A stretch of DNA of 63,873 nt, the filler included, from Myxococcota bacterium (lineage in GTDB: Bacteria > Myxococcota > Myxococcia > Myxococcales > Myxococcaceae): assembly GCA_049322255.1 (NCBI GenBank). It is 4 parts of 4 records of this genome, joined end to end, with 100 filler letters (N's around TTAATTAATTAA, not from the genome) between each part and the next. Parts side by side here need not be neighbours in the genome. Positions count along the whole stretch, not along the records: positions 18,550 to 36,985 come from JBMORE010000085.1; positions 37,086 to 55,507 come from JBMORE010000086.1; 2 more parts are not named here. One strand, written 5' to 3'. The translations under genes and the position numbers were made by a program. Below are positions 33,128 through 41,342 of this stretch, piece after piece. Every line of letters starts with the position of its first letter. Positions within the stretch are counted from its first letter, which is position 1. The notes under the pieces are model-generated. The model saw nothing but the letters and a program-made list of their open reading frames with translations, was not told the origin of the DNA and ran no database searches.

Positions 33128-34249
33128 ATGATCGTTCAGTGCGACCAGTGCAAGACGCGGTTTCGGATCCCCGATGAAAAGGTGACCGAAAAGGGGGTCA
33201 AGGTCCGCTGCACCAAGTGTCAGCACACCTTCCGGGTGAAAAAGGGTGAGAGCCTGGTGGCCCCACCTGTTCCGCCGGTTGCCCTGCCGGTGCCGCCTCC
33301 GTCCGCCCAAGACCCCTTTGCGATCTTCGGGCCTGCTCCCCAGGTTGCCGCGCCTTCCACGCCACCGCCGGCGGAGGGCAACTCGTCGCTGCTTGCGGAC
33401 GTGCCAGAGGCCGCTGATTTTTCAGGCGAGTCGAGCGGGGCCACGCCGGCGTCGACCGCGTTCGATGATGTGCCGATGGAGCCCGGCCTCGACGTCTCGG
33501 GAAATCGCGACCAGTTGTTCGACATGCCAGCTCCTCGGAAAGAGGTGATTGGCGAAGTTCCCTCGGGCGCGCAGGAGAGCCGTAGGCCCTCAGGCGAGCA
33601 CGTGGCGGTGATGCCGCTCAAGGTAGGGTCGCTGATCAAGCCGGCCGGCAGCGTCGCCCACGTCGGCGTGCCGCAGAGCCTGACACAGCGCCAGGACACC
33701 GGGGGCACGCGCCGGTTGACCGCGCTCGTGGTCAACGTCGTGGTGGCCGCAGTGCTCTTGCTGATGGTGGGCGCGGTGGGCTGGGCCTTCTTGAACGAGG
33801 GCAAGCTCGACCCCGCCTCCCTGTCGTTGGAGCGGGCGCGCTCGTTCTTTCTGTCGCCCCAAGGCGTGGTGGCGCTCGACGTCTCCAACGGTCTGTACGA
33901 CACCCGCGCGGGCCGGCCGGTCTTCTTCGTACGCGGTGAGGTGGAGAACCGCAGCGGACGGGCGGGAAAGATAAAGGTGCGCGCGGAGATTCTCGACGGG
34001 GTACAGCTGGTGCGAGCGGTGGAAGGCCACGCGGGCGTTGCCCCCACCCCGGAGGAGCTCTTCGACATCGCCAGCGCCGCCGACGTCGAAACGCTCCACC
34101 AGCGGCTCACCGAGAAGGCGGTGGAGGTGGCCCCCGGGGCGCGCTCGCCTTTTTTGCTCACCTTCTACGAGTACCCGCCCAACCTGCCGGCCTTCCGAGT
34201 GAAGGTGACGGTGGAGCACGCGAAAGCAGGGCAGACGGCGGCGAGGTGA
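33128..34249 (+). CDS. MJ0042-type zinc-ribbon / DUF3426-like bitopic membrane protein
   Basis: MIVQCDQCKTRFRIPDEKV...VRCTKC; Pro-rich linker; one TM; FFVRGEVEN. Confidence 0.88.
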   Translation: MIVQCDQCKTRFRIPDEKVTEKGVKVRCTKCQHTFRVKKGESLVAPPVPPVALPVPPPSAQDPFAIFGPAPQVAAPSTPPPAEGNSSLLADVPEAADFSGESSGATPASTAFDDVPMEPGLDVSGNRDQLFDMPAPRKEVIGEVPSGAQESRRPSGEHVAVMPLKVGSLIKPAGSVAHVGVPQSLTQRQDTGGTRRLTALVVNVVVAAVLLLMVGAVGWAFLNEGKLDPASLSLERARSFFLSPQGVVALDVSNGLYDTRAGRPVFFVRGEVENRSGRAGKIKVRAEILDGVQLVRAVEGHAGVAPTPEELFDIASAADVETLHQRLTEKAVEVAPGARSPFLLTFYEYPPNLPAFRVKVTVEHAKAGQTAAR

Positions 34250-35091
34250 TGGCGATGTCCTCGAGCAGGAAGGCCCGCGGCTTTGCCCGCCGTCTCACCG
34301 CCCTCTCAGGGGGAGCCGAGCTTCTGCGAAAGGCGGCTGCCCGTGAGCTGGGTCGAATGGACCCTACCGACGCCACCGACCTCATCGGGGGGCTGATCCA
34401 GCTCTATCAGGCCGGCGACGCCGAGGCGGCTGTGGCGCTCGCGGCGGTGGTCTCGGCCCTGCTTTGGGACACGAAGGAGATTCCCTACGCCAAAGCGCTC
34501 AAGCGCCTGGCCGACCTTCAGGAGCTGCAGCCGGTGTCGGCGCTGTTCACCGCCGCTCCGCCCCAGAAGGAGATGCACGCCGACGCCGCCGCCCGCGCCG
34601 ATGCCAAGCTCTTCACCGAGTCTTTGGGACATTTGAAGACCAAGGCACGCTTGACCAAGAACCCCGACGAGCTGGCCAAGTTGGCGACTGCCTCCGACCC
34701 GACAGTGGTGCGCAACGTGCTCTTGAACCCACGGCTGACCGAGCCGCAGGTGGTGCGCATCGCTGCCCGCCGGCCGGCTCGGCCTGAACCGTTGGTGGAA
34801 ATCTGGAAATCTCCCCGCTGGTCCGTCTGTCACGCGGTGCGCCGGGCGCTGGTGCTCAACCCCTATCTGCCGCCCGAAGTGGGATCGAAGATTGTCCCTC
34901 TGCTCAACGCGGTGGACCTGGACGAGCTGGCGAAGAACACCGCGGTGCACCAGGCGCTGCGCGAGCAGGCGCGGCAGCTCCTTCAGCGCGGGGAGCCGGC
35001 CATCAGCGGCGCTTCTTCTCGTCCACCCACTGAGCGTCCTCCGGGGGCTCGTGCTTCTCCAGGCGGCGGGAGGGGGGCGCCGCATCGATGA
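34246..35091 (+). CDS. Hypothetical helical-repeat (HEAT/LRV-like) protein
   Basis: DPTVVRNVLLNPRL and VRRALVLNPYLP repeats. Confidence 0.7.
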   Translation: MMAMSSSRKARGFARRLTALSGGAELLRKAAARELGRMDPTDATDLIGGLIQLYQAGDAEAAVALAAVVSALLWDTKEIPYAKALKRLADLQELQPVSALFTAAPPQKEMHADAAARADAKLFTESLGHLKTKARLTKNPDELAKLATASDPTVVRNVLLNPRLTEPQVVRIAARRPARPEPLVEIWKSPRWSVCHAVRRALVLNPYLPPEVGSKIVPLLNAVDLDELAKNTAVHQALREQARQLLQRGEPAISGASSRPPTERPPGARASPGGGRGAPHR

Positions 35092-35230
35092 AACCTTCGC
35101 CCTTGGCCGCCTTCTTGAAGGAATAGACGAACTTGCCCAGGGCGTTGCCGAGCGCGGCCATGCGTGAGGCGGAGAGCACCACCAGAATGACCAACCCGAG
35201 GACGATGAGCTCACCGGTGCCGCAGGACAT
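35003..35230 (-). CDS. TatA/E family protein (divergent)
   Basis: GELIVL TM helix, then amphipathic RMAALGNALGKFVYSFKKA. Confidence 0.7.
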   Translation of the reverse strand: MSCGTGELIVLGLVILVVLSASRMAALGNALGKFVYSFKKAAKGEGFIDAAPPSRRLEKHEPPEDAQWVDEKKRR

Positions 35231-35303
35231 GGCACCACCATGCTTGAGAGTCTCCTTGGGCGCAACTTGACCCCCTGCCCCGCTTGAGGGAAGCAGCATC
35301 GCG

Positions 35304-36014
35304 ATGCTCCTGCTCGCGCACCGCGGCGCCAGCGCCGATGCCCCGGAGAACACTCTGGCCGCCTTCACCGAAGCGGTGGCCCAAGGGGCCGATGGCGTCG
35401 AGCTCGACGTGATGCGCTGCGGCAGCGGTGAGCTGGTGGTGTGCCATGACGAACGGCTTTCGCGCTTGGCGGGCGTCGACTGGGAGGTCGCCGCCACCCC
35501 GTACTGGAAGCTTCGGCACGCCGACGTCGGCAGCCGCCTGGGCTTTGCGCCCGCGCGCATTCCCCTCTTGGAGGAGGTGGTCGAGGCCTTGCCCGCGCAC
35601 TTCGTTCTCAACGTCGAGCTCAAGTGCGAGAGCGCCGACGACCAGGGGCTGGCGGTGGCGGCCGGCGCCTACCTCACCCGTGCCGGCCTGACGGAGCGGG
35701 TGGTGGTGTCGAGCTTCAACGCGCTGAGTCTGTTCCGCTTGGCGAAGGCCTTTCCCCGCCTTCGGCGCGGCTACCTGCTCGACCCGGACAAGAGCCACCT
35801 GTGGCACGCGGGCCTTCTTTTGCCACTGGTCGCGAGCTACTCGGTGCACCCCAGCGACAGCGCGTGCACTCCAGCGCGGGTGCGAGCTTGGCACCAGCGA
35901 GGGCTCGAGGTGGCGGTGTGGACGGTCGATTCGCCTCGGCGCGCGGCCGAGCTGGAGACGTGGGGGGTCGACTACCTCATCACCAACCAGCCGCGCAGGC
36001 TGCGCGTCCGTTAG
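35304..36014 (+). CDS. Glycerophosphodiester phosphodiesterase
   Basis: AHRGAS..APENTLAAF, GVELDV, VCHD, NVELK, WTVD, ITN. Confidence 0.95.
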   Translation: MLLLAHRGASADAPENTLAAFTEAVAQGADGVELDVMRCGSGELVVCHDERLSRLAGVDWEVAATPYWKLRHADVGSRLGFAPARIPLLEEVVEALPAHFVLNVELKCESADDQGLAVAAGAYLTRAGLTERVVVSSFNALSLFRLAKAFPRLRRGYLLDPDKSHLWHAGLLLPLVASYSVHPSDSACTPARVRAWHQRGLEVAVWTVDSPRRAAELETWGVDYLITNQPRRLRVR

Positions 36015-36931
36015 AAGTCGAGACCCAGGGTGCCGTTGGCGGCGAGCACCGAGGGCATGGAGTGTTCCAGCCCCGCCGCGTCGCGGAAGCGGCCCAGCTG
36101 GGACACCGAGACCTCGGCGGCGATTTGCACCACCCCGCCGATGAAGCGCAGGCCGCCGTAGAAGCGGTTGTGGCTGTTGGCGCCCAGGGTCACCTCGTCG
36201 AAGACGCCCGTGTCCTGCAACTGCGCGGCGGGCGAGCCAATCGACTCCTCGTGGGTGCGCTCCGGGCGGAAGTCGACGTTGTTCGAGGACGCCGCCGTCC
36301 AGACCAGGTTCCAGCCGACGTAAGGGGTGAGGGTCACCATTCCCCCCACCGCGAACTGCTTGCCGATGCCCACGTCGAGCCCGGCGACGGTGAGGTCGAA
36401 GTCGCGGGAGTTGAGCAGCCGGGTGCCGTAGCCGCGCACCCCGATGTCCGGCAGATAGGTGAAGCCCTCGTTGAGCGCCCACTTGGCCTCGATGGTGCCC
36501 GCAGCCATGCGGCTTTTTTCAATCCACGCGGCGCGTGTTCCCAGCTCGAAGGAGAAGGGCAACCCCTTGCGCACGTGCACCGAGGGGACCAAGAGGGTGC
36601 CCCCGAAGGCGCGCTCGGTGGGGAAGGTGAAGCTGCCGGTCTGCAGGCTGACCACCGAGAGCTCGGCGTTGACCGAGAAGGCCGCGTGCCCCAGCGTCTC
36701 GGGCGGCATCAGATTGACCGAGGTGAGCGCCGCGGCCAGCTCACGGGTGAAGATGCGGAAGTGGGCGTTGGCGTCGGGGTCGTAGCCGGTCCCTCCGGCA
36801 GACGGATTGCCCAGCTGGTAGATGCGAAAGTCGTTGGGGTCGGCCAGTGCGGCGCCTCCCCACACCACGAGGGCCACGGATAAGGCGCGACCGAAAAGCT
36901 GCACGAGAAGCGTCCCCTTTGCGTTCGTCAA
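36011..36931 (-). CDS. Secreted hypothetical protein, probable OM beta-barrel
   Basis: Signal peptide (ALA-D), beta-strand pattern, C-terminal Phe (LGLDF). Confidence 0.7.
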   Translation of the reverse strand: MTNAKGTLLVQLFGRALSVALVVWGGAALADPNDFRIYQLGNPSAGGTGYDPDANAHFRIFTRELAAALTSVNLMPPETLGHAAFSVNAELSVVSLQTGSFTFPTERAFGGTLLVPSVHVRKGLPFSFELGTRAAWIEKSRMAAGTIEAKWALNEGFTYLPDIGVRGYGTRLLNSRDFDLTVAGLDVGIGKQFAVGGMVTLTPYVGWNLVWTAASSNNVDFRPERTHEESIGSPAAQLQDTGVFDEVTLGANSHNRFYGGLRFIGGVVQIAAEVSVSQLGRFRDAAGLEHSMPSVLAANGTLGLDF

Positions 36932-36985
36932 GGCAGCCAGACGCTAGTCGGCGAAAGGGTGCGGATCAAGGAAGGGGCTCTTGGC

Positions 36986-37085
36986 NNNNNNNNNNNNNNN
37001 NNNNNNNNNNNNNNNNNNNNNNNNNNNNNTTAATTAATTAANNNNNNNNNNNNNNNNNNNNNNNNNNNNNNNNNNNNNNNNNNNN
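36986..37085. other. Artificial contig linker
   Basis: N run with TTAATTAATTAA. Confidence 0.98.
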
Positions 37086-37211
37086 TGCGCCGGCCTTGAA
37101 CTCGTCCGTGAAGCTCCTACGCGGTCGCTTCGCCTTCTTCGTCGATTCCTCTGCCATGTTGAACACCGTATCCGCCTCTTCATTGGTGTCCACGAAACCG
37201 GATCAAGCCCA
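37086..37211 (-). mobile_element. IS3-family insertion sequence left end with start of orfA, cut by contig break
   Basis: Minus strand TGGGCTTGATCCGGTTTCGTGGACAC (TG-starting IS3-like IR); ATG 37157 gives MAEESTKKAKRPRRSFTDEFKAGA (HTH_Tnp_1-like start). Confidence 0.88.
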
Positions 37212-37299
37212 CTGCGTCTGTCTGTGAGGTGACGGCGGATCTACGGCGGAAAATCAGGGAGTTGTGGTGGCCCGTCCCGATTCTTAATTTTTCGAGCAC

Positions 37300-38685
37300 G
37301 TGGGACGGCGTGGCGCGATGGCGGTGGTGGCGGCGGCGATGCTGGCGGTCGTGTGCAGCGGCTCGTCCTCGGTCGGAGCAGCGCAGGCAGTGCAGGCCCC
37401 GCGCGACTTTCCTCATCCCCAATCGTTCACGCCGCTGGTCGAGGCGGTGAAGTCGGCGGTGGTGAACGTCAGCGTGCAGCAGCGAGGCATGGAGGGCCTC
37501 GAAGGGCTGGACCTCTTCGAGCGTTTCTTCGGCGCTCCCCCGGGCTCCTCGCAGATTCGGTTGGGCACCGGCTCGGGGTTCATCATCCGCGAGGACGGGC
37601 TGGTGCTCACCAACAGCCACGTGGTGGAAGGAGCGCTCTCCATCCGCGTGCAGCTGGACGATCGCCGCACCTTCGAGGCCAAGGTGCTGGGGCGCGATCC
37701 GCTCACCGACTTGGCGCTGCTCGAGTTGCAGGGCGAGGTCGGGCGGCTACCGGTGGTGCAGCTGGGCGACTCGGAGAAGATGCGCGTGGGTGACTGGGTG
37801 ATGGCGATCGGCAACCCTTTCGGGCTCGCGTCCAGCGTGAGCGCGGGCATCATCTCGGCCAGGGCGCGGGACATTCAGGTCGGGCCCTTCGACGACTTCT
37901 TCCAGACCGACGCGGCGATCAACCCCGGCAACTCCGGCGGGCCGCTGTTCAACATGCACGGCGAGGTGATTGGCATCAACACCGCCATCGTGGGAGGAGG
38001 CGCGGGCATCGGCTTCGCAGTGCCGTCGAACATGGCCAAGTTTCTCCTGCCGCAGCTGGAGAAGGGCGTCATTCACCGCGGCTGGCTGGGGCTCGCGGTG
38101 CAGGATTTGACCCCCGAGCTGGCGCGGGCGCTGGGAGTTTCGGCCGAGCGGGGGGCGGTGGTCGCCGAAGTGAGCGCGGGGACACCAGCGGCGAAGGCGG
38201 GGCTCGAGGAGAAGGACGTGGTGGTGGCGATCGAGGGCCAGCCGGTCGAATCGGCGCGCGCGCTCACCCGGACGGTTGGGTTTCGCAAGCCCGGGGAGTC
38301 GGTGCGCCTTCAGGTCTACCGGGGAGGGAAGCTGCGCGAGGTCCAGGTTCGTCTGGGCGAGCGGCCGGACCTGGAGGGCGTGCAGACGCCCCTGCCGGAG
38401 GTGCAGGGCGAGCTGCAAAGCCAGAAGCTGGGAATGAAAGTTCAGGACGTCGACGCCCGCAGCGGCCGGGCACCGGGGGCGTTGATCACCGACGTCGTCC
38501 CCGGCTCGGTCGCCGATCGAATGGAGCTCTACCCGGGAATGGTGGTGATCGAGGCCGACGGAAAACCGGTGCGCTCGGCGAAGGACCTGATGCGCATTCT
38601 GCAGAAGGCCAAGCGCGGAGCGTCCATTCTCTTGCGGGTGGAGGCCGACGGGCAGCGGCTCTTGCGCGCGGTGCCGGTGCCGTAA
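37300..38685 (+). CDS. DegP/HtrA (Do) serine protease with 2 PDZ domains
   Basis: GTGSGFI, TNSHV, DLAL, QTDAAINPGNSGGPL, RGWLG. Confidence 0.95.
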   Translation: MGRRGAMAVVAAAMLAVVCSGSSSVGAAQAVQAPRDFPHPQSFTPLVEAVKSAVVNVSVQQRGMEGLEGLDLFERFFGAPPGSSQIRLGTGSGFIIREDGLVLTNSHVVEGALSIRVQLDDRRTFEAKVLGRDPLTDLALLELQGEVGRLPVVQLGDSEKMRVGDWVMAIGNPFGLASSVSAGIISARARDIQVGPFDDFFQTDAAINPGNSGGPLFNMHGEVIGINTAIVGGGAGIGFAVPSNMAKFLLPQLEKGVIHRGWLGLAVQDLTPELARALGVSAERGAVVAEVSAGTPAAKAGLEEKDVVVAIEGQPVESARALTRTVGFRKPGESVRLQVYRGGKLREVQVRLGERPDLEGVQTPLPEVQGELQSQKLGMKVQDVDARSGRAPGALITDVVPGSVADRMELYPGMVVIEADGKPVRSAKDLMRILQKAKRGASILLRVEADGQRLLRAVPVP

Positions 38686-38699
38686 ACGGCGCGTCGCGG

Positions 38700-39470
38700 T
38701 CATTCAGTTGGGGTCGGTTTCGAAGGCTGCGGCTTTCTCTTCGAGTCGATGAACTGTTGCACCACGGTTTCATCGATCGCGGCCATTCCCTCCACCACCA
38801 TCTGGCGCGCGGCCTGGGCGTCGCCGGCTTCAATGGAGGCGACGAGTTGTCGGTAGCTCGCCACGAGAAACATCGGGTCCACCTGAATCCCCTCCACCAC
38901 TTCAGGGTGAACCTCGTTGAAGCGCTCCAGCGTGTTCAAGATGAGGCCGAACGCCGCGTTGCCTGAGGCTTCGACCAGGGCGTGCGAAATTTCTATCTCG
39001 GCGGCGGCGATCTCCCTCCGAGTAACGTTCTTCGACGCCAGTGCTTCCAATGCGTCAACCCGTTCCGCCAGACGTTTGAGCGTCTCCTTTGTTTTTCGGG
39101 CGCACGAGAGCGCCACCATCTCTGCGGCGAGCACTCGCCTCAGCTCCAGGAGGTCGCGGAGCAGCTTCGTCCCGGCCTCCACGTCGGTCGCGAAGACGTC
39201 GAAGAGATCGACCAGGACATCGAGGGTGCTTCGTCGTCGAAAGTCTGCGGCCCGGACGCCGTCCCCCTGGCGGATGGTGACCAGGCCCTGCCCGTAGAGG
39301 CGCGAGAGCGCCGCACGCAAAGTCAACCGACTTACCCCCAGCGTTTCAGCCAGCTGCCGCTCAGGCGGGAACAACTCGCCCGGACGAATGGAGCCACTGA
39401 GAACTTCGCGGCGTAATTGCGCCGCCACCTCGTCGACAGCGAGCTGTCGCTTGACAGGTTTAAAGGACAT
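38700..39470 (-). CDS. FadR/GntR family transcriptional regulator
   Basis: PGELFPPERQLAETLGVSRLTLRAAL...G; FCD-like C-terminus (ELRRVL, ASGN). Confidence 0.92.
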   Translation of the reverse strand: MSFKPVKRQLAVDEVAAQLRREVLSGSIRPGELFPPERQLAETLGVSRLTLRAALSRLYGQGLVTIRQGDGVRAADFRRRSTLDVLVDLFDVFATDVEAGTKLLRDLLELRRVLAAEMVALSCARKTKETLKRLAERVDALEALASKNVTRREIAAAEIEISHALVEASGNAAFGLILNTLERFNEVHPEVVEGIQVDPMFLVASYRQLVASIEAGDAQAARQMVVEGMAAIDETVVQQFIDSKRKPQPSKPTPTE

Positions 39471-39471
39471 A

Positions 39472-39482
39472 TGGTTAAACCA
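39472..39482. promoter_or_regulatory. FadR-subfamily operator-like palindrome TGGTT-A-AACCA
   Basis: Perfect inverted repeat in the AT-rich divergent promoter, 1 bp from the regulator ATG. Confidence 0.65.
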
Positions 39483-39554
39483 ATATATCAATAACTATTT
39501 CAGTCAAACAATGCCCTTGATCAGCCAGGTTTACAAGGGGTTGGGAGGGAGCCG

Positions 39555-40565
39555 ATGCAGCAGACTTTGTCGCTTTTGGTGGCCGTGGTGGCCGGCGCGG
39601 CGTGCGGAGGGTATCCGGCCCGCGATGCATCCGTTGCGTGGAGGAAGGTGCCAGGTAGTGGGCCCGAGCCCCGGTGGGGCCACACCGCGGTGTACGACGC
39701 CAGGCGGGACGAAGTGCTGGTCTTCGGGGGTACCGGAGCAGCCGGACGGCTCGGAGATGTTTGGGCCCTCTCCCTGCAAAACGAGAGTTGGCGAAGGTTG
39801 GAGCTTCAGGGCGGCCCCACGGCTCGTTACACCTCCGGTGCCGTGATCGACGCCGCTCGCGATCAGATGCTCGTTTTCGGCGGGGATGAAGGAAAGCTGA
39901 GCGACGAGCTATGGGCGCTGGAGTTGGCCACCGGCACGTGGCGCAAACTCCCGACCGGCCCATCGCCCCGCTTCGACGTCTCGATGACTTCCGATGGAAT
40001 GCGGGCCTGGGTGTATGGAGGATTTGGCAAGTCCTTCCCCCAGCAACCCGGAGCGGCTCTCGACGACCTTTGGGAGCTCGATTTCGCCGCCCAGACCTGG
40101 CGCGAGCTTCCCAAGGGCATCGTGAATCCCTCGCCGAGAACCAACTCGGCCATCGGCCTCCACGACGGAGCGCTCTACGTCACCGGCGGACACGACGAGC
40201 TCTTCCCCACTCGAGAGACCTGGCGCTTTCTCTTGGCGGAACAGAAGTGGGAGAAACTGAAACCCACTGGAGCGCCGGCAGCTGGCGCCCACTTCGCGTA
40301 CGCAACCGATGCGCAGTGCGGTGTTCTCTGGCTGTCGGGAGGAGACAACGTCGACTACCACGACGTCGCCTTCACCGAGTCATTGGTGCTCGGCGACGCA
40401 GCCAGTTTTTCCCGGCTCGAAGCGGGGGCTTTTCCGCCGCCGCGTAGGCACTTCGTCGTTGCGTTTGATCCTGCGAAGCGGCGTCTGGTCTTGTTCGGTG
40501 GCTGGCAGGGGCAGAACGCTCTGCTTGGAGACACCTGGATTCTGGAGGGCGTGCCATGTCCATGA
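39555..40565 (+). CDS. Kelch-repeat beta-propeller lipoprotein
   Basis: Lipobox GAAC; repeated P.PR.GH...FGG...D.W. Confidence 0.9.
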   Translation: MQQTLSLLVAVVAGAACGGYPARDASVAWRKVPGSGPEPRWGHTAVYDARRDEVLVFGGTGAAGRLGDVWALSLQNESWRRLELQGGPTARYTSGAVIDAARDQMLVFGGDEGKLSDELWALELATGTWRKLPTGPSPRFDVSMTSDGMRAWVYGGFGKSFPQQPGAALDDLWELDFAAQTWRELPKGIVNPSPRTNSAIGLHDGALYVTGGHDELFPTRETWRFLLAEQKWEKLKPTGAPAAGAHFAYATDAQCGVLWLSGGDNVDYHDVAFTESLVLGDAASFSRLEAGAFPPPRRHFVVAFDPAKRRLVLFGGWQGQNALLGDTWILEGVPCP

Positions 40566-41209
40566 CGCTCTCCAAACCCACCTGTCTTCTGGCGGTCCTC
40601 GCCTTGGCGCTGTTCGGATGTCCCTCGTTCTCGACGATGGGAACGGCCAGAACCATCGGCCGCGGGAAGACGCAATTGCTCGTCGCAGCCGAGGGAATGG
40701 GTAGCGCCACCCATTCTGGCGTCGGCGTCCTCCCGCAGCTCGAGTTGGCCGGTCGGTACGGTTTCACCGATGACGTGGAGCTGGGGCTCAAAGCCTGGTA
40801 CCTCGGTGCCGCCCTCGACGCGAAGGTCCAGCTGATTCGGTCGGCCAACCCAGAGTCAGGACTCGATGTGGCCTTCGACCCGACGATCGGGTGGGGTGCG
40901 CCCAACAAGCTCACCGTGGCCGTTCCCTTGCTCCTGGGTTTCAATTTCCGCGGAGGGCACCAGCTCGTCTTGGGCCCCCGGTTGGTTGACCAGCTCTGGT
41001 TTGACCCAGCTCAGCCTGCCGCGCGCGCCGTCAATGCGCTCCTTGCCGGAACGTCGGTGGGCTTTGCCTGGAAGATTTCGGAACGCGTTCGCCTCATGCC
41101 GGAGCTGTCGGTCCTCTATCCGATCGCCGCTGCTCCTGGTGTGAGCACCTATGCAGGCACTGGAGTCGCGTACCAGGGCGGCTTCGGGATTCTCATCTTT
41201 GGGGGCTGA
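40556..41209 (+). CDS. Hypothetical lipoprotein with beta-barrel-like body
   Basis: Lipobox LFGC, TARTIGRGK, RYGFTDDVELG; amphipathic strands. Confidence 0.7.
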   Translation: MSMTLSKPTCLLAVLALALFGCPSFSTMGTARTIGRGKTQLLVAAEGMGSATHSGVGVLPQLELAGRYGFTDDVELGLKAWYLGAALDAKVQLIRSANPESGLDVAFDPTIGWGAPNKLTVAVPLLLGFNFRGGHQLVLGPRLVDQLWFDPAQPAARAVNALLAGTSVGFAWKISERVRLMPELSVLYPIAAAPGVSTYAGTGVAYQGGFGILIFGG

Positions 41210-41224
41210 CACCATGTCGTCTTC

Positions 41225-41294
41225 GGCGACGCCCTGCAGCGACAGCCCAGAGACCAGCGTCACCCGCACGGCGTCGGTCAGCGCCATGCGGGCG
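41225..41294 (-). pseudogene. Diverged duplicate of the argS 3' end
   Basis: 59/70 nt identical to 41361-41430; ARMALTDAVRVTLVSGLSLQGVA vs ARTALTDAVRVTLAAGLSLLGVA. Confidence 0.85.
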
Positions 41295-41342
41295 CCCATG
41301 TCGGCCCTTTTTCAATCCCTCGGGATCTCCCACGGCGCAGAG

